Positions 40,361-54,590 of a stretch of 64,000 nt of DNA are shown piece after piece. The stretch is from the human T2T-CHM13v2.0 reference genome, Homo sapiens, in NCBI RefSeq assembly GCF_009914755.1, contig NC_060948.1; one strand, written 5' to 3'. The position numbers and the translations under genes were made by a program. The notes beneath the pieces are model-generated. The model was not told the DNA's origin. It saw nothing but the letters and a program-made list of their open reading frames with translations, and did no database searches. Every line of letters starts with the position of its first letter. Within the stretch, counting starts at the first letter, position 1.

Positions 40361-43300
40361 AGGCCTGGAATAAAGTGGAATGCTACGGTCTCGAATGGAA
40401 TAAAAATGTATGGAATGGAATGCAATGAAACGGAATCGAATGTCATAGAATGTAATGGAATGCAAAAAAATGGAATCCAAAATCATTGACTGGAAAGGCT
40501 GGGTGTCGAAAGGAATTGACTCCAATGGAATGGAATCGAATGGAGTGGAAGTGAATAGAATCGAACTAAATCGAATGGAATGGAATTGATAGGAACGGAA
40601 TGGAAAGGAATGCAATGATTTGGCACGGAATGGAATCGAATGACATCGAATGGAATGGAATGGAATGCAATGGAATGGAACGTATTAGAATGTAATGAAC
40701 TTTAATGGAATGTACTCGAATGGATTCGACTGGAATGGAATGTTATGGAAGTGAATGGACTCCAATGGAATGGATTCAAAAGGAATGGAATCGTACGGAA
40801 TGGAATCTAATGGAATGGAATTAAATGGAAATGAATCAAATTGAATAGCACGGAATTGAATTGAATGGAATGGAATGCAATGGAATCTAATGAAACGGAA
40901 AGGAAAGGAATGGAATGGAATGGAATGGGCTGGAATGGAAAGGAATCGAAACGAATGGAATGGAATCGAACTGAAGAGACTGGAATGGAATGCACTGGAA
41001 TGGAAGGGAGTGTAATGGAAGTTTCTCGAAAAAAATGGAATCGAATGGAATGGAATTGAATGGAACGGAATAGAGTCGAATGGAATTGAATGGAATGGAA
41101 TGGACTAGAGTGAAATGGAATCGAACCACAAGGAATGGACTGGAATAGAATGGTCTCGAATTGAATGGAATCGTATGGAATGGCATCAAACGGAATGGAA
41201 TGGACAGCCACGGAATGGAATGCACTCGAATGCAATGGAGTCGAAACTAATGGACTGGAATAGAATGGACTCGACTGGTACGGACTCCAATGGAATGGAA
41301 TCGAATGGAAGGGAATCGAACGGAATGGACTCGAAGGGAAAAGACTGCAATGGAAAGGTCTCGAATGGAATGGAAATAAATGGAATGGAATGGAATCGAA
41401 TGAAATGGAGTCAAAAGGAATGGAATCGAATGGCAAGAAATCGAATGTAATGGAATCGCAAGGAATTGATGTGAACGGAACGGAATGGAATGGAATCCAA
41501 AGGAATGGAATAAAATGGAATGGAATCGAATGGAAAGGACTCGAATGGAAATCACTCGAATAGAATGCAATTTAATAAAATAGGACCAAATGTAATGGAA
41601 TGGAATGGAAAGGAATCGAAACGGAAGGAATGGAGACAGATGGAATGGAATGGAACAGAGAGCAATGGTATAGAATGGAATGGAATCATCTGGAATGGAA
41701 TGGAATGGAATGGAATGAAATGCCCTTGAATTAAATGGACTGGAATGGAATGGACTCGAACAGAGTGGAATGGAAAGTGTTGAGATAGAATGGAATGGAC
41801 TCTTTTGGAATGGTCTAGTATGCAATGCAATCGACTGGCAGGGAATCAAAAGGAATGTAATCGAATGGATTGGACTGGAATGCAATGGACTGGAATAGAT
41901 TGCAAACGGGATGCAAAGGAATGGAATGGAATAGTATGGAATGGAATGGAAAGGAATGGAGTGGAATAGACTAGAGTGGAATGGAATGGACTGGAAAGAA
42001 ATGGACTGGAATGGAACTTTCTTGAATGGACTGGAATCAAACGGAATGGAATGCAATGCAATCAAATGGCATGGAATAAAATAGAATGAAAGAGAATCAA
42101 ATGGAATTGAATCGAATGGAATCGAATGGATTGGAAAGGAATAGAATGGAATGGAATGGAATTGACTCAAATGGAATGGACTAGAATGGAATGGATTCGA
42201 ATGGAAGGCAAAGGAATGGAATCTATTGGAATGGAATGTAATGGAATGGAATGGAAGGGATTGGAATGGACTCGAATGGAATGGACTGCAATAGAAAGGA
42301 TTCGAATGGAATGAAAAAGAATTGAATGGAATAAAACAGAATGGAATGAAATCGAATGAAATGGAATGGAATAGAAAGGAATGGAATGAAATGGAATGGA
42401 AAGGATTCGAATGGAATGCAATCGAATGGAATGGAATCGAACGGAATGGAATAAAATGGAAGAAAACTGGCAAGAAATGGAATCGAAATGAATGGAGTGT
42501 TATGGAACGGACTCAAAAGGAATTGAATGTAATAGAATGGAGTGGAGTGGACTCGAATATAATGGACTGGAATGGAATGAAATCACATGGAATGGGAACG
42601 AATGGAATGGAATGGAAAGGAATGGAATCGAATGGAAAGGAATCGAATGGAAGGGAATGAAATTGAATCAACAGGAATGGAAGGGAATAGAATAGACGGT
42701 AATGGAATGGACTCGAATAGAATGGACACGAATGCTCAAATTGAATGGACTCGAATGGAATGGAAACGAAAGGAATGTCATCGAATGGAATTGAATGGAT
42801 TGGAATGAAATCGCATAGAATGGAGTGGAATCAAATGGAATTGAATCGAAAGGAAAGGAAGCGAATGGACTGAAATGAAATGGAATGGAATTGAATGGAA
42901 AGTAATGCAATGGAATAGAATGGAACGAAATTTCACGGAATGGAATCAAACTGAATGGAATCAAATCAATGGAATCAAATCAAATGGAATGGAAAGGAAT
43001 TGAATGGAGTAGATTGGATTGGATGGGATTGGAATGAAATGTACTGGAAAGGACTCGAATTTCATGAAACGGAATGGAATGAATTGGAACGGAATGGACT
43101 CGAATGGAATGGAATGTCATGGAATGGCATCAAATGGAATGGCATCAAATGGAATGGAATCGAATGCAATGGAATGCTATGGAATGGAATGGAATGCATT
43201 GGAATGGAATGTCCCCTAATGGAATGGATTCGAGTGGAATGGAATCGAATATAATGGAGTCGAATGAAATGGAATTGAAAGGAATGGGATCGAATAGAAT

Positions 43301-43904
43301 GGAATATACTGGAATGTAATGTAATGAACTCGAATGTAATTGACTGGAATGGAATGTACATGAATGGAATGTAATCGAATGGAAAGTAATCCAATGGAAT
43401 AGAATCTAATGCAATAAAACCGACTCAGATAGAGTAGAATGTAATGGAATGGAGTGCAGTGCAATGGAAGGGAATGGAATTGAATGCAATGGAATGGAAT
43501 GGAATGGAATGGAATGGAATGGAATGGAATGGAATGGAATGGGATGGAATGGTATGGAATGGATAGTAATGGACTGGAGTGAAATGGACTGGAAAGGAAT
43601 GGACTCAAATTGAAAGGGCTCGAAAGGAATGGAGTCAAATGGAATGGTCTGGAATGGAATGAACACGAATGTAATGCAATCCAATAGAATGGAATCGAAT
43701 GGCATGGAATATAAAGAAATGGAATCGAAGAGAATGGAAACAAATGGAATGGAATTGAATGGAATGGAATTGAATGGAATGGGAACGAATGGAGTGAAAT
43801 TGTATGCAGTAGAAGGGAATAGAATGGAATGCAAGCGAAAGGAAAGGAATGGATTGGAATGGAATGGAATTCATTGGAATGGAAGGGAATGTAGTGTAAT
43901 GGAC
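40361..43904 (+). repeat. DYZ1 unit 12 (3544 bp; copy of unit 8)
   Basis: Offset 14197 from unit 8. Confidence 0.9.
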
Positions 43905-46900
43905 AGGCCTGGAATAAAGTGGAATGCTACGGTCTCGAATGGAATAAAAATGTATGGAATGGAATGCAATGAAACGGAATCGAATGTCATAGAATGTAAT
44001 GGAATGCAAAAAAATGGAATCCAAAATCATTGACTGGAAAGGCTGGGTGTCGAAAGGAATTGACTCCAATGGAATGGAATCGAATGGAATGGAAGTGAAT
44101 AGAATCGAACTAAATCGAATGGAATGGAATTGATAGGAACGGAATGGAAAGGAATGCAATGATTTGGCATGGAATGGAATCGAATGGCATCGAATGGAAT
44201 GGAATGGAATGCAATGGAATGGAATGTATTAGAATGTAATGAACTTTAATGGAATGTACTCGAATGGATTCGACTGGAATGGAATGTTCTGGAAGTGAAT
44301 GGACTCCAATGGAATGGATTCCAAAGGAATGGAATCGTACGGAATGGAATCTAATGGAATGGAATTAAATGGAAATGAATCAAATTGAATAGCACGGAAT
44401 TGAATTGAATGGAATGGAATGCAATGGAATCTAATGAAACGGAAAGGAAAGGAATGGAATGGAATGGAATGGACTGGAATGGAAAGGAATCGAAACGAAT
44501 GGAATGGAATCGAACTGAAGAGACTGGAATGGAATGCACTGGAATGGAAGGGAGTGTAATGGAAGGTTCTCGAAAAAAATGGAATCGAATGGAATGGAAT
44601 TGAATGGAACGGAATAGAGTCGAATGGAATTGAATGGAATGGAATGGACTAGAGTGAAATGGAATCGAACCACAAGGAATGGACATGAATAGAATGGTCT
44701 CGAATTGAATGGAATCGTATGGAATGGCATCAAACGGAATGGAATGGACAGCCACGGAATGGAATGCACTCGAATGCAATGGAGTCGAAACTAATGGACT
44801 GGAATAGAATGGACTCGACTGGTACGGACTCCAATGGAATGGAATCGAATGAAAGGGAATCGAACGGAATGGACTCGAAGGGAAATGACTGCAATGGAAA
44901 GGTCTCGAATGGAATGGAAATTAATGGAATGGAATGGAATCGAATGAAATGGAGTCAAAAGGAATGGAATCGAATGGCAAGAAATCGAATGTAATGGAAT
45001 CACAAGGAATTGATGTGAACGGAACGGAATGGAATGGAATCCAAAGGAATGGAATAGAATGGAATGGAATCGAATGGAAAGGACTCGAATGGAAATCACT
45101 CGAATAGAATGCAATTTAATAAAATAGGATCAAATGTAATGGAATGGAATGGAAAGGAATCGAAACGAAAGGAATGGAGACAGATGGAATGGAATGGAAC
45201 AGAGAGCAATGGTATAGAATGGAATGGAATCATCTGGAATGGAATTGAATGGAATGGAATAATATGAAATGGAATGGAATGGAATGGAATGGAATGCCCT
45301 TGAATTAAATGGACTGGAATGGAATGGACTCGAACAGAGTGGAATGGAAAGTGTTGAGATAGAATGGAATGGACTCCTTTGGAATGGTGTAGTATGCAAT
45401 GCAATCGACTGGCAGGGAATCAAAAGGAATGTAATGGAATGGATTGGACTGGAATGCAATGGACTCGAATAGATTGCAAACGGAATGCAAAGGAATGGAA
45501 TGGAATATTATGGAATGGAATGGAAAGGAATGGAGTGGAATAGACTAGAGTGGAATGGAATGGACTGGAAAGAAATGGACTGGAATGGAACTTTCTTGAA
45601 TGGACCTGAATCAAACGGAATGGAATGCAATGCAATCAAATGGCATGGAATAAAATAGAATGAAAGAGAATCAAATGGAATTGAATCGAATGGAATCGAA
45701 TGGATTGGAAAGGAATAGAATGGAATGGAATGGAATTGACTCAAATGGAATGGACTAGAATGGAATGGATTCGAATGGAAGGCAAAGGAATGGAATCTAT
45801 TGGAATGGACTGTAATGGAATGGAATGGAAGGGATTGGAATGGACTCGAATGGAATGGACTGCAATAGAAAGGATTCGAATGGAATGAAAAAGAATTGAA
45901 TGGAATAAAACAGAATGGAATGAAATCGAATGAAATGGAATGGAATAGAAAGGAATGGAATGAAATGGAATGGAAAGGATTCGAATGGAATGCAATCGAA
46001 TGGAATGGAATCGAACGGAATGGAATAAAATGGAAGAAAACTGGCAAGAAATGGAATCGAAATGAATGGAGTGTTATGGAACGGACTCAAAAGGAATTGA
46101 ATGTAATAGAATGGAGTGGAGTGGACTCGAATATAATGGACTGGAATGGAATGAAATCACATGGAATGGGAACGAATGGAAAGGAATGGAATCGAATGGA
46201 AAGGAATCGAATGGAAGGGAATGAAATTGAATCAACAGGAATGGAAGGGAATAGAATAGACGGTAATGGAATGGACTCGAATAGAATGGACACGAATGCT
46301 CAAATTGAATGGACTCGAATGGAATGGAAACGAAAGGAATGTCATCGAATGGAATTGAATCGATTGGAATGAAATCGCATAGAATGGAGTGGAATCAAAT
46401 GGAATTGAATCGAAAGGAAAGGAAGCGAATGGACTGAAATGAAATGGAATGGAATTGAATGGAAAGTAATGCAATGGAATAGAATGGAACGAAATTTCAC
46501 GGAATGGAATCAAACTGAATGGAATCAAATCAATGGCATCAAATCAAATGGAATGGAAAGGAATTGAATGGAGTAGATTGGATTGGATGGGATTGGAATG
46601 AAATGTACTGGAAAGGACTCGAATTTCATGAAACGGAATGGAATGAATTGGAACGGAATGGACTCGAATGGAATGGAATGTCATGGAATGGCATCAAATG
46701 GAATGGCATCAAATGGAATGGAATCGAATGCAATGGAATGCTATGGAATGGAATGGAATGCATTGGAATGGAATGTCCCCTAATGGAATGGATTCGAGTG
46801 GAATGGAATCGAATATAATGGAGTCGAATGAAATTTAATTGAAAGGAATGGGATCGAATAGAATGGAATATACTGGAATGTAATGTAATGAACTCGAATG

Positions 46901-47463
46901 TAATTGACTGGAATGGAATGTACATGAATGGAATGTAATCGAATGGAAAGTAATCCAATGGAATAGAATCTAATGCAATAAAACCGACTCAGATAGAGTA
47001 GAATGTAATGGAATGGAGTGCAGTGCAATGGAAGGGATTGGAATTGAATGCAATGGAATGGAATGGAATGGAATGGAATGGAATGGAATGGAATGGAATG
47101 GGATGGAATGGTATGGAATGGATAGTAATGGACTGGAGTGAAATGGACTGGAAAGGAATGGACTCAAATTGAAAGGGCTCGAAAGGAATGGAGTCAAATG
47201 GAATGGTCTGGAATGGAATGAACACGAATGTAATGCAATCCAATAGAATGGAATCGAATGGCATGGAATATAAAGAAATGGAATCGAAGAGAATGGAAAC
47301 AAATGGAATGGAATTGAGTGGAATGGAATTGAATGGAATGGGAACGAATGGAATGAAATTGTATGCAGTAGAAGGGAATAGAATGGAATGCAAGCGAAAG
47401 GAAAGGAATGGATTGGAATGGAATGGAATTCATTGGAATGGAAGGGAATGTAGTGTAATGGAC
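43905..47463 (+). repeat. DYZ1 unit 13 (3559 bp; copy of unit 9)
   Basis: Offset 14197 from unit 9. Confidence 0.9.
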
Positions 47464-50400
47464 AGGCCTGGAATAAAGTGGAATGCTACGGTCTCGAATG
47501 GAATAAAAATGTATGGAATGGAATGCAATGAAACGGAATCGAATGTCATAGAATGTAATGGAATGCAAAAAAATGGAATCCAAAATCATTGACTGGAAAG
47601 GCTGGGTGTCGAAAGGAATTGACTCCAATGGAATGGAATCGAATGGAATGGAAGTGAATAGAATCGAAGTAAATCGAATGGAATGGAATTGATAGGAACG
47701 GAATGGAAAGGAATGCAATGATTTGGCATGGAATGGAATCGAATGGCATCGAATGGAATGGAATGGAATGCAATGGAATGGAATGTATTAGAATGTAATG
47801 AACTTTAATGGAATGTACTCGAATGGATTCGACTGGAATGGAATGTTGTGGAAGTGAATGGACTCCAATGGAATGGATTCCAAAGGAATGGAATCGTACG
47901 GAATGGAATCTAATGGAATGGAATTAAATGGAAATGAATCAAATTGAATAGCACGGAATTGAATTGAATGGAATGGAATGCAATGGAATCTAATGAAACG
48001 GAAAGGAAAGGAATGGAATGGAATGGAATGGGCTGGAATGGAAAGGAATCGAAACGAATGGAATGGAATCGAACTGAAGAGACTGGAATGGAATGCACTG
48101 GAATGGAAGGGAGTGTAATGGAAGGTTCTCGAAAAAAATGGAATCGAATGGAATGGAATTGAATGGAACGGAATAGAGTCGAATGGAATTGAATGGAATG
48201 GAATGGACTAGAGTGAAATGGAATCGAACCACAAGGAATGGACAGGAATAGAATGGTCTCGAATTGAATGGAATCGTATGGAATGGCATCAAACGGAATG
48301 GAATGGACAGCCACGGAATGGAATGCACTCGAATGCAATGGAGTCGAAACTAATGGACTGGAATAGAATGGACTCGACTGGTACGGACTCCAATGGAATG
48401 GAATCGAATGGAAGGGAATCGAACGGAATGGACTCGAAGGGAAAAGACTGCAATGGAAAGGTCTCGAATGGAATGGAAATTAATGGAATGGAATGGAATC
48501 GAATGAAATGGAGTCAAAAGGAATGGAATCGAATGGCAAGAAATCGAATGTAATGGAATCGCAAGGAATTGATGTGAACGGAACGGAATGGAATGGAATC
48601 CAAAGGAATGGAATAGAATGGAATGGAATCGAATGGAAAGGACTCGAATGGAAATCACTCGAATAGAATGCAATTTAATAAAATAGGATCAAATGTAATG
48701 GAATGGAATGGAAAGGAATCGAAACGAAAGGAATGGAGACAGATGGAATGGAATGGAACAGAGAGCAATGGTATAGAATGGAATGGAATCATCTGGAATG
48801 GAATTGAATGGAATGGAATAATATGAAATGGAATGGAATGGAATGGAATGGAATGCCCTTGAATTAAATGGACTGGAATGGAATGGACTCGAACAGAGTG
48901 GAATGGAAAGTGTTGAGATAGAATGGAATGGACTCCTTTGGAATGGTGTAGTATGCAATGCAATCGACTGGCAGGGAATCAAAAGGAATGTAATCGAATG
49001 GATTGGACTGGAATGCAATGGACTCGAATAGATTGGAAACGGAATGCAAAGGAATGGAATGGAATAGTATGGAATGGAATGGAAAGGAATGGAGTGGAAT
49101 AGACTAGAGTGGAATGGAATGGACTGGAAAGCAATGGACTGGAATGGAACTTTCTTGAATGGACTGGAATCAAACGGAATGGAATGCAATGCAATCAAAT
49201 GGCATGGAATAAAATAGAATGAAAGAGAATCAAATGGAATTGAATCGAATGGAATCGAATGGATTGGAAAGGAATAGAATGGAATGGAATGGAATTGACT
49301 CAAATGGAATGGACTAGAATGGAATGGATTCGAATGGAAGGCAAAGGAATGGAATCTATTGGAATGGACTGTAATGGAATGGAATGGAAGGGATTGGAAT
49401 GGACTCGAATGGAATGGACTGCAATAGAAAGGATTCGAATGGAATGAAAAAGAATTGAATGGAATAGAACAGAATGGAATCAAATCGAATGAAATGGAAT
49501 GGAATAGAAAGGAATGGAATGAAATGGAATGGAAAGGATTCGAATGGAATGCAATCGAATGGAATGGAATCGAAAGGAATGGAATAAAATGGAAGAAAAC
49601 TGGCAAGAAATGGAATCGAAATGAATGGAGTGTTATGGAACGGACTCAAAAGGAATTGAATGGAATAGAATGGAATGGAGTGGACTCGAATATAATGGAC
49701 TGGAATGGAATGAAATCACATGGAATGGGAACGAATGGAATGGAATGGAAAGGAATGGAATCGAATGGAAAGGAATCGAATGGAAGGGAATGAAATTGAA
49801 TCAACAGGAATGGAAGGGAATAGAATAGACGGTAATGGAATGGACTCGAATAGAATGGACAGGAATGCTCAAATTGAATGGACTCGAATGGAATGGAAAC
49901 GAAAGGAATGTCATCGAATGGAATTGAATCGATTGTAATGAAATCGCATAGAATGGAGTGGAATCAAATGGAATTGAATCGAAAGGAAAGGAAGCAAATG
50001 GACTGAAATGAAATGGAATGGAATTGAATGGAAAGTTATGTAATGGAATAGAATGGAACGAAATTTCACGGAATGGAATCAAACTGAATGGAATCAAATC
50101 AATGGAATCAAATCAAATGGAATGGAAAGGAATTGAATGGAGTAGATTGGATTGGATGGGATTGGAATGAAATGTACTGGAAAGGACTCGAATTTCATGA
50201 AACAGAATGGAATGAATTGGAACGGAATGGACTCGAATGGAATGGAATGTCATGGAATGGCATCAAATGGAATGGCATCAAATGGAATGGAATCGAATGC
50301 AATGGAAGGCTATGGAATGGAATGGAATGCATTGGAATGGAATGTCCTCTAATGGAATGGATTCGAGTGGAATGGAATCGAATATAATGGAGTCGAATGA

Positions 50401-51022
50401 AATGGAATTGAAAGGAATGGGATCGAATAGAATGGAATATACTGGAATGTAATATAATGAACTCGAATGTAATTGACTGGAATGGAATGTACATGAATGG
50501 AATGTAATCGAATGGAAAGTAATCCAATGGAATAGAATCTAATGCAATAAAACCGACTCAGATAGAGTAGAATGTAATGGAATGGAGTGCAGTGCAATGG
50601 AATGGAATGGAATGGAATGCAATGGAATGGAATGGAATGGAATGGAATGGAATGGAATGGAATGGAATGGTGTGGAATGGATAGTAATGGACTGGAGTGA
50701 AATGGACTGGAAAGGAATGGACTCAAATTGAAAGGGCTCGAAAGGAATGGAGTCAAATGGAATGGTCTGGAATGGAATGAACACGAATGTAATGCAATCC
50801 AGTAGAATGGAATCGAATGGCATGGAATATAAAGAAATGGAATCGAAGAGAATGGAAACAAATGGAATGGAATTGAATGGAATGGAATTGAATGGAATGG
50901 GAACGAATGGAGTGAAATTGTATGCTGTAGAAGAGAATAGAATGGAATGCAAGCGAAAGGAAAGGAATGGATTAGAATGGAATGGAATTCATTGGAATGG
51001 AAGGGAATGTAGTGTAATGGAC
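47464..51022 (+). repeat. DYZ1 unit 14 (3559 bp)
   Basis: Landmark spacing; many private variants from ~49570 onward. Confidence 0.9.
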
Positions 51023-54000
51023 AGGCCTGGAATAAAGTGGAATGCTACGGTCTCGAATGGAATAAAAATATATGGAATGGAATGCAATGAAACGGAATCG
51101 AATGTCATAGAATGTAATGGAATGAAAGAAATGGAATCCAAAAACATTGACTGGAAAGGCTGGGTGTCGAAAGGAATTGACTCCAATGGAATGGAATCGA
51201 ATGGAATGGAAGTGAATAGAATCGAACTAAATCGAATGGAATGGAATTGATAGGAACGGAATGGAAATGAATGCAATGATTTGGCATGGAATGGAATCGA
51301 ATGGCATCGAATGGAATGGAATGGAATGCAATGGAATGGAATGTATTAGAAAGTAATGAACTTTAATGGAATGTACTCGAATGGATTCGACTGGAATGGA
51401 ATGTTCTGGAAGTGAATGGACTCCAATGGAATGGATTCAAAAGGAATGGAATCGTACGGAATGGAATCTAATGGAATGGAATTAAATGGAAATGAATCAA
51501 ATTGAATAGCACGGAATTGAATTGAATGGAATCGAATGCAATGGAATCTAATGAAACGGAAAGGAAAGGAATGGAATGGAATGGAATGGGCTGGAATGGA
51601 AAGGAATCGAAACGAATGGAATGGAATCGAACTGAAGAGACTGGAGTGGAATGCACTGGAATGGAAGGGAGTGTAATGGAAGGTTCTCGAAAAAAATGGA
51701 ATCGAATGGAATGGAATTGAATGGAACGGAATAGAGTCGAATGGAATTGAATGGAATGGAATGGACTAGAGGGAAATGGAATCGAACCACAAGGAATGGA
51801 CAGGAATAGAATGGTCTCGAATTGAATGGAATCGTATGGAATGGCATCAAACGGAATGGAATGGACAGCCACGGAATGGAATGCACTCGAATGCAATGGA
51901 GTCGAAACTAATGGACTGGAATAGAATGGACTCGACTGGTACGGACTCCAATGGAATGGAATCGAATGGAAGGGAATCGAACGGAATGGACTCGAAGGGA
52001 AAAGACTGCAATGGAAAGGTCTCGAATGGAATGGAAATTAATGGAATGGAATGGAATCGAATGAAATGGAGTCAAAAGGAATGGAATCGAATGGCAAGAA
52101 ATCGAATGTAATGGAATCGCAAGGAATTGATGTGAATGGAGCGGAATGGAATGGAATCCAAAGGAATGGAATCGAATGGAAAGGACTCGAATGGAAATCA
52201 CTCGAATAGAATGCAATTTAATAAAATAGGATCAAATGTAATGGAATGGAATGGAAAGGAATCGAAACGAAAGGAATGGAGACAGATGGAATGGAATGGA
52301 ACAGAGAGCAATGGTATAGAATGGAATGGAATCATCTGGAATGGAATTGAATGGAATGGAATAATATGAAATGGAATGGAATGGAATGGAATGGAATGCC
52401 CTTGAATTAAATGGACTGGAATGGAATGGACTCGAACAGAGTGGAATGGAAAGTGTTGAGATAGAATGGAATGGACTCCTTTGGAATGGTGTAGTATGCA
52501 ATGCAATCGACTAGCAGGGAATCAAAAGGAATGTAATGGAATGGATTGGACTGGAATGCAATGGACTCGAATAGATTGGAAACGGAATGCAAAGGAATGC
52601 AATGGAATAGGATGGAATGGAATGGAAAGGAATGGAGTGGAATAGACTAGAGTGGAATGGAATGGACTGGAAAGCAATGGACTGGAATGGAACTTTCTTG
52701 AATGGACTGGAATCAAACGGAATAGAATGCAATGCCATCAAATGGCATGGAATAAAATAGAATGAAAGAGAATCAAATGGAATTGAATCGAATGGAATCG
52801 AATGGATTGGAAAGGAATAGAATGGAATGGAATGGAATTGACTCAAATGGAATGGATTCGAATGGAATGGATTCGAATGGAAGGCAAAGGAATGGAATCT
52901 ATTGGAATGGACTGTAATGGACTGTAATGGAATGGAATGGAAAGGATTGGAATGGACTCGAATGGAATGGACTGCAATAGAAAGGATTCGAATGGAATTA
53001 AAAAGAATTGAATGGAATAGAACAGAATGGAATCAAATCGAATGAAATGGAATGGAATAGAAAGGAATGGAATGAAATGGAATGGAAAGGATTCGAATGG
53101 AATGCAATCGAATGGAATGGAATCGAACGGAATGGAATAAAATGGAAGAAAACTGGCAAGAAATGGAATCGAAATGAATGGAGTGTTATGGAACGGACTC
53201 AAAAGGAATTGAATGTAATAGAATGGAGTGGAGTGGACTCGAATATAATGGACTGGAATGGAATGAAATCACATGGAATGGGAACGAATGGAATGGAATG
53301 GAAAGGAATGGAATCGAATGGAAAGGAATCGAATGGAAGGGAATGAAATTGAATCAACAGGAATGGAAGGGAATAGAATAGACGGTAATGGAATGGACTC
53401 GAATAGAATGGACACGAATGCTCAAATTGAATGGACTCGAATGGAATGGAAACGAAAGGAATGTCATCGAATGGAATTGAATCGATTGGAATGAAATCGC
53501 ATAGAATGGAGTGGAATCAAATGGAATTGAATCGAAAGGAAAGGAAGCGAATGGACTGAAATGAAATGGAATGGAATTGAATGGAAAGTAATGCAATGGA
53601 ATAGAATGGAACGAAATTTCACGGAATGGAATCAAACTGAATGGAATCAAATCAATGGAATCAAATCAAATGGAATGGAAAGGAATTGAATGGAGTAGAT
53701 TGGATTGGATGGGATTGGAATGAAATGTACTGGAAAGGACTCGAATTTCATGAAACGGAATGGAATGAATTGGAACGGAATGGACTCGAATGGAATGGAA
53801 TGTCATGGAATGGCATCAAATGGAATGGCATCAAATGGAATGGAATCGAATGCAATGGAATGCTATGGAATGGAATGGAATGCATTGGAATGGAATGTCC
53901 TCTAATGGAATGGATTCGAGTGGAATGGAATCGAATATAATGGAGTCGAATGAAATGGAATTGAAAAGAATGGGATCGAATACAATGGAATATACTGGAA

Positions 54001-54590
54001 TGTAATGTAATGAACTCGAATGTAATTGACTGGAATGGAATGTACATGAATGGAATGTAATCGAATGGAAAGTAATCCAATGGAATAGAATCTAATGCAA
54101 TAAAACCGACTCAGATAGAGTAGAATGTAATGGAATGGAGTGCAGTGCAATGGAAGGGAATGGAATTGAATGCAATGGAATGGAATGGAATGGAATGGAA
54201 TGGAATGGAATGGAATGGAATGGAATGGGATGGAATGGTATGGAATGGATAGTAATGGACTGGAGTGAAATGGACTGGAAAGGAATGGACTCAAATTGAA
54301 AGGGCTCGAAAGGAATGGAGTCAAATGGAATGGTCTGGAATGGAATGAACACGAATGTAATGCAATCCAATAGAATGGAATCGAATGGCATGGAATATAA
54401 AGAAATGGATTCGAAGAGAATGGAAACAAATGGAATGGAATTGAATGGAATGGAATTGAATGGAATGGGAACGAATGGAGTGAAATTGTATGCAGTAGAA
54501 GGGAATAGAATGGAATGCAAGCGAAAGGAAAGGAATGGATTGGAATGGAATGGAATTCATTGGAATGGAAGGGAATGTAGTGTATTGGAC
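51023..54590 (+). repeat. DYZ1 unit 15 (3568 bp; divergent)
   Basis: Landmark spacing; 1-bp deletion near 51125, 15-bp deletion near 52170, 10-bp duplication 52911-52930. Confidence 0.9.

Larger units (their letters stand above)
33929..48125 (+). repeat. 14,197-bp tandem duplication, copy 2
   Basis: As above. Matching at this offset fails at 19731/33928 on the left and at 34284/48481 on the right. Confidence 0.9.
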
